A stretch of 63,329 bases of DNA, filler included, from Octopus bimaculoides (GCF_001194135.2; 5 parts of 5 records of this genome joined end to end with filler, not necessarily neighbours in it); one strand, 5' to 3'. Positions 1 through 12,085 are shown, counted from the whole stretch's first letter. The notes: generated from the letters alone by a model not told the origin. Program-made: numbers and translations.

Positions 1-140
1 AGGGAAAATAAAATGGGGAGAGAAAACAGGCGGAGAGAGGGAAAATAAAATGGGGAGAGAAAACAGGCGGAGAGAGGGAAAATAAAATGGGGAGAGAAAA
101 CAGGCGGAGAGAGGGAAATAAGAAATGGGGAGAGAAAATG
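1..140. repeat. 37-bp GA-rich minisatellite, ~3.7 copies
   Basis: Unit gggaaaataaaatggggagagaaaacaggcggagaga recurs at 2, 39, 76. Confidence 0.9.
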
Positions 141-224
141 CGTTTCTGGATTAACGGTTGCACATGTTGAATTCAACATGAACAACTGTTTCTTTGCTTT
201 CCCCCGATTGCTTTCTGTAGAAGA

Positions 225-460
225 GTGTAGGCCTTGTGAGTGGATTTGGACGACGGAAACAGAAAGGAACCCGTTGTATATACACATATGTATGTTGCTT
301 TGCACGTATGTTTTTGTATCTGTGTTTGTCCCCGACTAGCGCTTGACAACCAGCGTTGGAGTGATTACGTCCTCGTAACTGAGCGGTTCGGCAAAAGAAT
401 CCGATAGAATAAATACAGTACTATGCTCTAACAAAACAAGCTCTGGGATTGATCTGTGTA
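225..460 (+). mobile_element. SINE family B (tRNA-derived), partial copy
   Basis: ccttgtgagtggatttgg...gcttgacaacc...gcggttcggcaaaag matches many other copies in the window. Confidence 0.75.
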
Positions 461-669
461 TTTCAAAGTGATTCCTGCGGAAATAAATATAAATTCGTTA
501 TTGGTTGTGCTTCAGAAATTCAGCCCTTTTAAGATCGATTTTGCGGAGAGGAACGAGTGACACTGTTGCCTTGCTCAATAACATTGTCATGGCTATGGAT
601 TTCGAAGTCACTTCATATAAACGATAAATGAATTTACCCACAATTCATTTGAGACAGTGAAGGTGTACC

Positions 670-860
670 TGGTCTCCCGTCCATGTAGAAATAGCAGCCA
701 AAATAACCTTCAAACCAATCTCCAATCTTTTTTTGCATTAGAAAATGAAACGTTGGATAATAGTTAAAGGCGGTATGGTCATAGTTGGAATGTCTTTTAT
801 CATGCATCTACTTGATCAGAGCTGACCTAGGGCTGAACAACAACAATCACAACAACAATA
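670..860 (+). mobile_element. Interspersed repeat tail family D (ends in (AAC)n); also ~37690-37900 and ~47320-47560 on minus
   Basis: catgtagaaatagcagccaaa...gctgacctagggctgaacaacaac resembles the reverse complement of the two other loci. Confidence 0.5.
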
Positions 861-973
861 ATAGCTTCAGTTTATGGGAGAAAGATCAACAAACATTGCA
901 AATGACTTCTACAAAAGAGATTTTTGCCCTTCACTGAAGAAATTTCCCTCGGATTATAACTGCGGAGTTGTGA

Positions 974-1015
<42 letters not shown>

Positions 1016-2115
1016 NNNNNNNNNNNNNNNNNNNNNNNNNNNNNNNNNNNNNNNNNNNNNNNNNNNNNNNNNNNNNNNNNNNNNNNNNNNNNNNNNNNNN
1101 NNNNNNNNNNNNNNNNNNNNNNNNNNNNNNNNNNNNNNNNNNNNNNNNNNNNNNNNNNNNNNNNNNNNNNNNNNNNNNNNNNNNNNNNNNNNNNNNNNNN
1201 NNNNNNNNNNNNNNNNNNNNNNNNNNNNNNNNNNNNNNNNNNNNNNNNNNNNNNNNNNNNNNNNNNNNNNNNNNNNNNNNNNNNNNNNNNNNNNNNNNNN
1301 NNNNNNNNNNNNNNNNNNNNNNNNNNNNNNNNNNNNNNNNNNNNNNNNNNNNNNNNNNNNNNNNNNNNNNNNNNNNNNNNNNNNNNNNNNNNNNNNNNNN
1401 NNNNNNNNNNNNNNNNNNNNNNNNNNNNNNNNNNNNNNNNNNNNNNNNNNNNNNNNNNNNNNNNNNNNNNNNNNNNNNNNNNNNNNNNNNNNNNNNNNNN
1501 NNNNNNNNNNNNNNNNNNNNNNNNNNNNNNNNNNNNNNNNNNNNNNNNNNNNNNNNNNNNNNNNNNNNNNNNNNNNNNNNNNNNNNNNNNNNNNNNNNNN
1601 NNNNNNNNNNNNNNNNNNNNNNNNNNNNNNNNNNNNNNNNNNNNNNNNNNNNNNNNNNNNNNNNNNNNNNNNNNNNNNNNNNNNNNNNNNNNNNNNNNNN
1701 NNNNNNNNNNNNNNNNNNNNNNNNNNNNNNNNNNNNNNNNNNNNNNNNNNNNNNNNNNNNNNNNNNNNNNNNNNNNNNNNNNNNNNNNNNNNNNNNNNNN
1801 NNNNNNNNNNNNNNNNNNNNNNNNNNNNNNNNNNNNNNNNNNNNNNNNNNNNNNNNNNNNNNNNNNNNNNNNNNNNNNNNNNNNNNNNNNNNNNNNNNNN
1901 NNNNNNNNNNNNNNNNNNNNNNNNNNNNNNNNNNNNNNNNNNNNNNNNNNNNNNATTTTCGGATGTTCTTCCTAAGGTAAGACAAGTTTTTCATGTTTTG
2001 TTGCACACACGCATTTTTGCCAGTATATACGCAGTGAAGCTATACAATAGCGTCGTTTTTATATCGATCGCTATTCTCCAGCAAATATCGGTACCTTGTT
2101 GTACCATTCTTATGA

Positions 2116-2154
<39 letters not shown>

Positions 2155-2157
2155 CAT

Positions 2158-2190
<33 letters not shown>

Positions 2191-2253
2191 AGCATTTAAA
2201 CACGCGTTCATGATGCAGGCTAGGTCACTCTCACGTTATATATATATATATAT

Positions 2254-2256
<3 letters not shown>

Positions 2257-2323
<67 letters not shown>
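2257..2323. repeat. (ATAG)n microsatellite; representative of many (TG)n, (TA)n, (ATT)n, (TTG)n and (AGAT)n tracts
   Basis: Direct inspection. Confidence 0.95.
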
Positions 2324-2324
<1 letters not shown>

Positions 2325-3294
2325 TGCATGTAATTTGTATATACGTGTATGTATTTCTGTATGTATATATGTGAAAATGTGCACACACGTTCGAATATGT
2401 CACGTGAGCGTGTCCAAATGAATTTGTATGTATGTATGTATGTATGTATGTATGTATGTGCATGACTTGAGTGTAGATTGTGTATATACACGCATATGTT
2501 TGTGTGTGATGTAAGTGGTTGTGAGAAGGAACGAACCTAGCACTTTGACGCCCCCTTGTCTCGAACATCAAACGGGAGCACGTGATAGTTGTTTACAGTG
2601 TGACGATATCAATATTTACACGAGAGCATGGGAAGGAAGGGGAGGATGGACTTTATATGTCGATTTATTAAAAACGCGAGGGCTATAAACAGTTATATAT
2701 TTTTATCTGTACAGATGGCGCTGCTGAAAATGCTGACATGGCGCTCATTTATTTCAAATTACTTCTGTTTCTTCACTAACACAATTTAATCTTTTAATGA
2801 TTTCATATTTAATCAACAGCACTTTCTCCCACTGGTTCTCGCTTTTATTTTGGAATTGCTGTTGTATTTGTTTCTTTTTTTTTTCTTCTTCTAGTTTCAC
2901 CCAGTGACCATGCTGGAGCATGGCATTGCCGTTCCATTAACTCTACAACCTGTTTCATCGTCGGTAAAGTAACTCTGATCAAGATTTGCACTCAGAATAT
3001 ATCGATGATAGAACTGCAGAAATAATAAAATTCCTAAATAACTCCAAAGTCTTTGGTCCCCAGCCCTGCTCCTATGGAGTCAAATAATTTAGAAGTAAGC
3101 GATCAGCTTTATTACCAATATGATGCCAAGACTGATAAATGGAAGGGAGGGAGAAGAGCAAAGGCAGTCTGGAGACGAGGTCTGAATACTCGCAACAGAA
3201 GGGCATCCCCTAAAAATATTCAAGACGGAAAATGGGGTTGTTAGACCAGAGGATTCGTTGAGTCTCCCAGCGAAGTAGACCATTGCAGCATTTG

Positions 3295-3334
<40 letters not shown>

Positions 3335-3395
3335 AATATATAAAAACAAAAAGATAAAGAGAGCAAAGGTAAGGTTGAAACATTTTATGGATAGA

Positions 3396-3444
3396 GTCTT
3401 ACAGCTGTTTCTGGGAAGATCCAGTACTTCCCTTCATCGGAGAC
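3396..3444 (-). ncRNA. Minimal type-I hammerhead ribozyme-like motif (Penelope-type, U4C variant)
   Basis: Minus strand GTCT CCGATGA A GGGAAG tactggat CTTCCC A GAAA CAGCTG TA AGAC: stem I 4 bp, stem II 6 bp, palindromic stem III ACAGCTGT, GUA site. Confidence 0.7.
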
Positions 3445-4084
3445 AGACAAAATAAAGTTATCTATTATTATATCCATAGGCGGATATTTTTAGTATGAAG
3501 TGGTAAAGAGTGTGATGTGCTGAAAAANNNNNNNNNNNNNNNNNNNNNNNNNNNNNNNNNNNNNNNNNNNNNNNNNNNNNNNNNNNNNNNNNNNNNNNNN
3601 NNNNNNNNNNNNNNNNNNNNNNNNNNNNNNNNNNNNNNNNNNNNNNNNNNNNNNNNNNNNNNNNNNNNNNNNNNNNNNNNNNNNNNNNNNNNNNNNNNNN
3701 NNNNNNNNNNNNNNNNNNNNNNNNNNNNNNNNNNNNNNNNNNNNNNNNNNNNNNNNNNNNNNNNNNNNNNNNNNNNNNNNNNNNNNNNNNNNNNNNNNNN
3801 NNNNNNNNNNNNNNNNNNNNNNNNNNNNNNNNNNNNNNNNNNNNNNNNNNNNNNNNNNNNNNNNNNNNNNNNNNNNNNNNNNNNNNNNNNNNNNNNNNNN
3901 NNNNNNNNNNNNNNNNNNNNNNNNNNNNNNNNNNNNNNNNNNNNNNNNNNNNNNNNNNNNNNNNNNNNNNNNNNNNNNNNNNNNNNNNNNNNNNNNNNNN
4001 NNNNNNNNNNNNNNNNNNNNNNNNNNNNNNNNNNNNNNNNNNNNNNNNNNNNNNNNNNNNNNNNNNNNNNNNNNNNNNNNNNNN

Positions 4085-4270
4085 NCATTTGACTGCGGCC
4101 ATGCTGGAGCACCGCCTTTAGTCGAGCAAATCGACCCCAGGACTTATTCTTTGTAAGCCTAGTACTTATTCTATCGCTCTCTTTTGCCGAACCGCTAAGT
4201 TACGAGGACGTAAACACACCAGCATCGGTTGTCAAGCGATGTTGGGGGGACAAACACAGACACACAAACA
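4085..4270 (-). mobile_element. SINE family B 3' half, well preserved
   Basis: catttgactgcggccatgctggagcacc...gtcaagcgatgttggggg. Confidence 0.85.
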
Positions 4271-4574
4271 CGCACACACACACACACATATATATATACA
4301 TATGTGTGGGAGTAGGAGGTGGGTATGTGGGAGTAGGAGGTGGGAGTATCAATGAAGAGAGGAAGTAGGTGTCAGAGCAAGAGAGAAGAGGAGAGGTGGG
4401 TAAGAATGAAGAGAGGAAGTAGGTGCCAGATGAAAAAAGGAGGAGAGTTGAGCCCATGTGGGGCAAAAGAGCGAAGAGAGAAGATTAATTCCTGTTCACA
4501 GCAAAGGCGGGAGTCCGGATGGCCCCTATGCAAAAACAACCCAAACACAGACAAGAGAGACACAGACAGACAGA

Positions 4575-5390
4575 CAGAAGTAAATAGGAATAAGGAAACT
4601 AGGCAGATCAATATATAAAGTATATTAGATACATGAAACACAAAAATATGTATATATGTATACATATAAAAACGTCCAACTTACACAGAGTACAAATGAT
4701 AATGAGAATTAAAGAGCTGAAAGAAAACAATTACAAATCCAGCAGCTGTTTTGGGGGACTCGGTGGTCCAAAATAATGTTTGTAGATTGATTCCATCATA
4801 AGATGAGACGAGTCTCTGTCTTCGTGAAAGAGTTCTCGCATTTGAGATGTTAAAGGAGAAAAGTTCAAAGATGGAACCTCTTTCCCTTTAACACCTTAAA
4901 AGTAAGATCTCATCCCTCAGGATGGAGGCTCGTCTCATTCTATGATGGAATCAATCTACAAGCATTATTATGGACCATTAAGGCGGCGAGCTGGCAGAAA
5001 CGTTAGCACGCCGGGCGAAATCCTTAGCGGTATTTCGTCTGTCTTTACGTTCTGAGTTCAAATTCCACTGAGGTCGACTTTGCCTTTCATCCTTTCGGGG
5101 TCAATAAATTAAGTACCAGTTGCGTACTGGGGTCAATCTAATCGACTCCCCCCCACACACACACACACACGAAAAATATTTGGGGGTTTTGTGCCTAGAG
5201 TCGAAACGATTATTATGGACCACCGAGCTCCCGGAAACGGCTGTTGAATTTGTAATCCTTTTCTTCAGCCCCTTTAATTCTCTGTATCATTTTATTCTGT
5301 ATACGTCGGACATTTTTTATATTTCGTGTACTTAGTGTACTTTATATATTGACCTGTCCAACTTGCTTAACCTTGCACTTATTTCTAAAC
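4575..5390. mobile_element. Fold-back (palindromic) element, probably inverted Penelope-like termini, interrupted by a SINE
   Basis: Left arm 4575-4866 is the imperfect reverse complement of 4874-4977 plus 5223-5390; both arms carry an (G/A)AAAC(A/G)GCTG motif. Confidence 0.7.
4978..5208 (+). mobile_element. SINE family A, full length, with 14-bp target-site duplication
   Basis: ggcggcgagctggcagaa head, gagttcaaattcc B-box-like motif, core gcctttcatcctttcggggtc; attattatggacca at 4964-4977 and 5209-5222. Confidence 0.9.
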
Positions 5391-5574
5391 CCGCTCAAGT
5401 TTAAATCTCATGGGCACTACAAAGTGTATTCTATACGCAGAATGTCTGGATCTCATCTATGAACAATATATATACACATATATGTCTCTCTCTCTCTATA
5501 TATATATATATAACCTCGTGGGCATCGGTACCATTTTCCTCTTTCTCCGTTCTTCCATTCTCCGAACTTTCCAT

Positions 5575-5609
5575 CTTTCCGACGAAGGGCTACGCCCGAA
5601 ACGTCATAC
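5575..5609 (+). ncRNA. Hammerhead-like motif in a Penelope-like terminal repeat (stem I decayed)
   Basis: CCGACGA A GGGC tac GCCC GAAA CGTC: stem II 4 bp, palindromic ACGT stem III, GUC site. Confidence 0.55.
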
Positions 5610-5789
5610 ACTCTCTCTTTCCTTTCCTGAGCGTCCAATAATACTATCCATATCACGTCCTCACTTTGTTGTTTTTTTGTTTTTTTGTTATTGTGTTTTT
5701 GAACTATATATATATATANNNNNNNNNNNNNNNNNNNNNNNNNNNNNNNNNNNNNNNNNNNNNNTTGCATCACAGACTTTTAGACCCAT

Positions 5790-5822
5790 TCCGTTGTTTC
5801 TGAAAGAAGCCCGTCGTATGTG

Positions 5823-5871
<49 letters not shown>

Positions 5872-6025
5872 GTGTGTGTGTGTGTATGAGTCTGTCTGTC
5901 TATCTGTGCATGTATTTGTCTCACACAACCGCTTGACCACCGGTGTTGGTGTGCTTACGTTTAACTTAGCCGTTTGGCGTAAGAGATGGATAGAGCAAGT
6001 ACCCGGTTTAAAAAAATAAGTACTA
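5790..6025 (+). mobile_element. SINE family B, degenerate
   Basis: ctgaaagaagcccgtcg...cgcttgaccaccggtgttggtgtg. Confidence 0.7.
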
Positions 6026-6027
6026 GG

Positions 6028-6165
6028 ATGAGTGGCAGCCAAAAGACCGGAAACGGCCATTTGAATGATCCCACTACGATTGGAAGACGATTTAGTTAAG
6101 CCAAGATGGAAAAGAATGGCGCAATCAAGACAGAATTGGAAGCACATTGTGACCAGCGGTGTATA
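6028..6165 (+). pseudogene. RTE-clade LINE, C-terminal fragment
   Basis: Frameshifted EWQPKDRKRP / PLRLEDDLVKPRWKRMAQSRQNWK resembles the RTE ORF C-terminus. Confidence 0.65.
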
Positions 6166-7755
6166 ACAGCATCTGATGGTCTGGTTGATACTGTGATTTC
6201 AATGCTAGCTCTGACTGAGATTAACAAAGTTTACAGAAACTCATCAATGGCCTGTGATCATGAGTAAAGGATTTCTGGCAACTGGTTCCAATCGGAGTGA
6301 TGAGTTTAATTAATCTAGCCTCGACTCCACACTCATCATTTACAACAGTGTAATGTAAGAAAAGAGTTGAAAAGAAATACGTTTCTTTATTTCATTGGTT
6401 TTAGTGAGTAAAATCTGCTTTCCGGGTTAAAACTCCTATCAGGAACCTTACAAAACAATTCCTTGCATTTTTTTTCTACTTCAATGTTTTTAAACAAAAT
6501 CAAAAGGCTTTCTTTAATTCAGTAAGTGTTGGTGAGTTGAGTGAGAGGGAAAGAGACTGAGAGAGAGACGGGGAGGGACAGACAGAGACGGGGAGAGACA
6601 GACAGAGACGGGGAGAGACAGACAGAGATATTTAGTATGTTTAAGTGTGTGTGTGTGTGTGTGTGTAGGCTTCTTTGTGTTTGTATGCAAAAAGGTTATG
6701 TGACAGTGAGATGAAGAGAAACACAGAGAAGGTTATAATGAAAGCGAGGAAGAGATAGGCAGATGGGTAGAGACAGACAGACAGATAGACAGACAGATAG
6801 CGAAAATACAGAAGTGTTGGTATACATCGACGACTATGTAAATGCTTCTCTCTCTCTCTTTCTCTTTCCCCACTCTCCCTTTCTCTCCCTCTCTCTCTTA
6901 CCTCTCTCTCTCTCTTTCTCTTTCCCCACTCTCCCTTTCTCTCCCTCTCTCTCTTACCTCTCTCTCTCTTTCTCTTCATTTCCCACGACAAACGCGCAAA
7001 TTTGGATGTACATTTATGTATTAAATGCTTAATTGAGAATCTAAGTGTAGGCCTATATCCTCGCACATTTGTGTATGTGTGTGGGTATGATGCTGTAGCT
7101 GTGTGCAAAGTTATGTACGTGTGATTTTATATACGTGTATGTATTTGTTCCTATACGTAAACACGTACGTAAACACGTTTATGTGCATGTGTGTGCATGT
7201 TGCAGTTCAGTATGTTTGCGTGTGTGTAGGTATTCGTATATTCGTGTTATGCGTGTGTGTTTGCGTTTGCATGTGTGTGTATGAGAATGTGTGTGTGTGT
7301 GTATGTGTGTGTGTGCGTGCGTGCGTGTGTTTGTGTGTGTTCGCATACAGAACAGATATAGCGCTAATCGAATATAACGACAGAACTTTCAGCTTCAGTT
7401 GTCCGATAGACCAATAGCAATTTCAGTTGATATCGATTTTATGTGTTCAATCAAGCAAAACCGCTAAAATTAGTCAAAGATTTCCCAGCGGCGATCAAAA
7501 ATATCTCTCCAATAATTCACCAACCAGTTATGACGGGTTCAATTAGCAACGATGACACCAATGTTCTTTGTTAAATAAATATCGCTTCTTTAGTAAAAGA
7601 CATTTTCATCGTGGCTACGACGGAAGCTGAACCTCGAAGAAACGGAATCTGTGAGACGCCAGTTCTTATATTCTGCTTTTCATCCTTTTCTATCTTTCCT
7701 TTATTCACTGTTTTCCTCATTCCATGTACTCAACTAACTAAAATGTGCACCTCCA

Positions 7756-7832
<77 letters not shown>

Positions 7833-7834
<2 letters not shown>

Positions 7835-8455
7835 CCCAATTCATAAAGGACGTAGCAGAGTGGAGGCCAAGAACTACAGACCTATCTCTCTGACCTCGCA
7901 CATCAGCAAGATCATGGAACGAATAGTCAGAAGGAAACTAATATCCTTGAAGAAAATGACTTGCTGCCTGACACCCAACATAGTTTCCAACCAGGAAGAA
8001 GCTGCCTGACTCAGCTCTTACAACACTATGACTGGGTTCTGAAACAATTGCTCAACCACTCAAATGTGGAAGTGATATACCTCGACTTTGCAAAGGCCTT
8101 TGTTAAAGTCGATCACGGAATGATATGTCACAAACTGCGTGATCTCGGCATAGTTGGAAAATTGGGAGAATGGCTTCATGACTTTCTGAAGGATAGAAGT
8201 CAGGTGGTAGTAGCCAATGGGACTACCGCCAGTGACACGCAAATAGTGAGTGGGGTTCCGCAAGGCACTGTTTCGGGACCACTACTGATCATAATGGCCC
8301 TCTCAGACATGCCCTCAGCCACACAGAGAGCCATGGTCACAAGTTATGCAGATGACACAAAAGTCTCACAGGTGATACAGAACCCTAAAGAAACTATGCA
8401 CCTGCAATGTGAGCTAGATGAAATATGCAAGTGGCCTAAAAAGAATCAGTTTTAA
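7833..8455 (+). pseudogene. CR1/L2-group LINE reverse transcriptase fragment, frameshifted
   Basis: PIHKG..NYRPISLTSHISKIMER, YLDFAKAF, SGVPQGTVSGPLL, YADDTK; one frameshift near 7960; truncated at both ends. Confidence 0.92.
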
Positions 8456-9060
8456 TTGTTATACTCCGAACCTTCGAACGTCACTCCTTTTGCTCAAACA
8501 GATGGACACGGGTTACAATATGGTCGATATTTCCATCTATACAAATATATTTTCTTTCCAGACGATGTACAATGAAACATGAGAAGAGTTAGAGAGGCAA
8601 GTAGAAAGAAAGATAAGTGTTTCCCCACTCCCCTCGAATTACTGATATCAACAACGTTACACAGCTGAACAGACGAGATTTTCAATGAGATTTCGTTCAT
8701 TCATCTATGGAAGCTAACACCTTGATGACTCCGATATTTTTGTGTATCACTACTTTAAGTGTCTTCCACAATGTGAGCGCCATGTCGCCAATGGATTGAT
8801 GACATGATTGATCAAAACTATAAATGAAACAGACGATGTCCGAACGTACGAACTTCCATGATTCACATAAGTTTGAGATATGGCAGCGTGTTTACCGAAA
8901 TATCAGTTTAGTAGATGAAAATTATATTTGATCTAAGCACAAAATATTTTGTTCATAATCTGTAACAGGCAGTGTTTGTTTTTAATTATTATTATTCGCA
9001 AGGTATCTAAACACTGCTTCTATATGAATACCTATTTAAATATGAGCAGATAGATATGAG

Positions 9061-9104
<44 letters not shown>

Positions 9105-9127
9105 TAGCTAGATAGACAGACAGACAG

Positions 9128-9189
<62 letters not shown>

Positions 9190-9894
9190 TTAGATACGGA
9201 GAGGGAGAGAGAGAGAGAAAGAAAGAGATCTGTTCCTGCAGAATGAGAGAAAGGGAGAGAGTAAGTGAGTATGTGAGAAAGGTATGACTAGAGAGAGAAA
9301 TACCCCGAGAGAGTGAGAGAGAGAATGGGAAAGAATGGGGTAACAACACCAAACATATGTTCCTATGCAGAGTTAGAGGAGACGACTTTGCTACCAACAG
9401 AGAGAGAGAGAGACATGTAGACTGAGCGCTAAGACACACAGCCATCTGGAAGGAGCTGACGACATATTCTAAGGTCAGCAGACAGCAGAAGACTCGATGT
9501 TTATATATTGCCAGGGTGTATGTGTGTGTGTGGACGCGCGCATGCGTGCTTGTGCGTATGCGTGAGTGCGTGTGTGTCTGTATTTATTTCATATTTATGG
9601 CTTCATTTTTATGTTAGTTCTATATTAAACAGATTTAATCAATTCCAAAGACAAAGAGAAAATGAAAAAAGCAAACAAACAAAAGTGTGAACGTGACACA
9701 AGCAATATATTAAGACGCTCAGAGAAGGAAATGAGTAGTAGTTTTTCGTTTCGAGTGTAGCTCTTCTTCGGAAATAAGAAACACAGGAAAGTACAAGACG
9801 AAAGAGGAAAAAAAGTCACCAACGACCACGTGAGGTTACATAGAGAGCATATAAATACATACATTCACACATGCACACACATGTATGTGTATAT

Positions 9895-9935
<41 letters not shown>

Positions 9936-9945
9936 NNNNNNNNNN

Positions 9946-9988
<43 letters not shown>

Positions 9989-10194
9989 AATAAATGAGAA
10001 GAGAATACGGGTCACATAAGTTCATTAGCTTACAGGTGTGTCTGCTGTTAGAAAGAGTGCACTCAGTGCTGAGTGCTTGTGCAACATCCCATAGTTTCGT
10101 AGGAGCCATTAAAATGACTGCGAAAAAAACTACATTACTATTATAATACATTATTTACATTTGACAGATATTTGCCCTCATCTTGTTTGTTGTT

Positions 10195-10240
10195 AACACA
10201 ACGTTTCGGCTGATGTACCCTCCAGCCTTCATCAGGTGTC
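10195..10240 (-). ncRNA. Minimal type-I hammerhead ribozyme, canonical core
   Basis: Minus strand GACAC CTGATGA A GGCTG gagggtacat CAGCC GAA ACGT T GTGTT: stem I 5 bp, stem II 5 bp, palindromic ACGU stem III, GUU site. Confidence 0.8.
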
Positions 10241-10288
10241 TTCGGGAAATTTCGAAACTGGGTTCTTATTCTAAGATATTTTTCGATG

Positions 10289-10289
10289 C

Positions 10290-10324
<35 letters not shown>

Positions 10325-10396
10325 TCACTGCCTGGAATCGAACTCGGAATCTTGGGGTTAGTAGCCTGCGCTCTTAATCACTATGCCATATGCCCG
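10289..10396 (-). mobile_element. Short tRNA-derived SINE or pseudo-tRNA with (AAT)n tail
   Basis: Minus strand gggcatatggcatagtgattaagagcgc...gagttcgattcc: A and B boxes present, acceptor stem does not pair. Confidence 0.7.
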
Positions 10397-11929
10397 TGTT
10401 GTATTAACAACAAACAAGATGAAGATAAATATCCGTCAAATGTAAATAATGTAAATAATGTACATAATTCCTCAACACTTAAATATAGAACTGTAGTATT
10501 ATGAGGTTTTTCGCGTGACCATTGCCGTAACATCCTCATCCATCATCAAGCCTTTAAAGTTAGTAAAGTCGAAAACCCCGAAGAGAGGGCTACTAGACAC
10601 CGTTATGTCAATTCAGGGTAAACAGATATCAGTAAAGTATATGGGGTCAGTGGTAATTGGTTTCTCTCGTGTTAAAATATGGAAGTCAAGAGTAAGATTG
10701 AGTGGCATAAATGGAACAATCGTATGGAGCAGTAAATAACAACTCTACGAAGGATTTCTGCCCGAAACATTTGAATGCTTGTCACGGCACACAAAATTTT
10801 ATCTTACGAATTCTATTGTTCGTCTGTTTCTATTTATTTCAATACTTCCCAATAGGCATGAATGAAGTCCATCAGTGGAACAACTGGAAATGACTAAAAA
10901 CAGTAGAGTAATAAAATTCTTTGTTTGTTGAGAACGACATAACGGCCATTTTGTGATGTTATACCAAGTATAAAATTGAACATCACCGAAATAATATAAA
11001 TCTAACTTTATATTATTAAACCTGAATGTCTAAACATCGAAACTACTGAGTCATGGCAGTTTATCTCTTTTAACAGAAATTTATGGTTTAAAGACGCATC
11101 TTCATTGTTTTTTATTCGTGTTTTTTTTTTCTTTTATTCTGTTGCTCATTGATAAAATCTCAGCTGATATAAATTTGTAATGAGGCGACATATTCTATCT
11201 TTTCAACAAATATGTGAAGTGTAAAAGACCACAAAACGTTTTGATAGATAATTTAGAACCGTGTAGGTCCAGATGGAAAAATAGTTAAAAGTTTTTGTCT
11301 AAGAACCCCTGAAATTCATTGTTTTGTCCCCTCCAAACATGAGAGTTGCACTCGCTAAATGAGAAACCTATATATTTACAATTTGATAATTATATATTCG
11401 ATACTTATTCATCTTCCTCGGCAAAATTGTTCTTTTGTATCCCTAGTTATATATCAATTTCTCACAATGGTGACATAAGATCACAATTGACAGATCCATG
11501 GAACTTCAGCCGTTCAAATTCAAAATATCATTACCACTCCGTTGGAACAATTAAAGATCTCAGTTGATAGCGCCGGTTTCTTCTCTCTGAATATAAAGGG
11601 ACATAACTAAATATAGCAAGTTATTTAGTCTATTTCTACCACTCCACCTTGCAGCCTTGCAGACTCACTTCTATTTAATAGTCTAACCCGATGGTTGTTT
11701 ATCTCGCTTAAACTTCTAATAGAATCCGATAACAAGGCTGGAGATGTCGAATTCATACTTCAAACAATTGATTTCAGTTCCATCCAAGTCATTCTATCAA
11801 CCTTTTTAGTTGTTTCACCATTTATCAGTCTTGGAGTACTACAAGTCGTCGTAAATGGCCATTCTAAATCGCAGAATAGTTTTTCCAAAGTCAATATAGA
11901 AACATGAATTGATACACAGGTTCTTTTGT

Positions 11930-12085
11930 GTGTTTTTTATTCTTTTAGAATCGACCCCAGCACTTATTTTACTTTTTAAGCCTTGTACTTATTCTGTCGG
12001 TCTCGATCGCCGAACCGCTAAGTTACGTGGTCGGAAAAACAACTCCGGCTGTCAAGCGATGGTGGGTAACGGACAAACAGACAGA
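11930..12085 (-). mobile_element. SINE family B 3' part
   Basis: tcgaccccagc...gccgaaccgctaagttac...gtcaagcgatggtggg. Confidence 0.75.

Larger units (their letters stand above)
10147..10960. mobile_element. Penelope-like terminal repeat element with inverted arms
   Basis: Arms 10147-10196 and 10404-10453 are inverted (46/50); hammerhead present; no recognisable RT, and the right boundary is uncertain. Confidence 0.55.

Noticed and set aside
874-2213. Long ORFs spanning N-runs (also 3458, 18651, 34921, 42656, 46252, 54211, 60559, 62475)
   Set aside because: Artefacts of untranslatable gaps; the flanking residues are microsatellite translations.
2707-2727. CTCF/YY1-like CAGATGGCGC
   Set aside because: Only a partial match with no supporting context.
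8552-8590. Hammerhead-like ccagacga..gaaacatgagaa
   Set aside because: The core is too degenerate to call.
10321-10396. Functional tRNA gene
   Set aside because: The acceptor stem does not pair and an (AAT)n tail follows, so it is SINE-like.
11600-11910. Merlin/IS1595-like transposase (GGVVEID*)
   Set aside because: The motif is followed by a stop and no downstream Merlin motifs are present.
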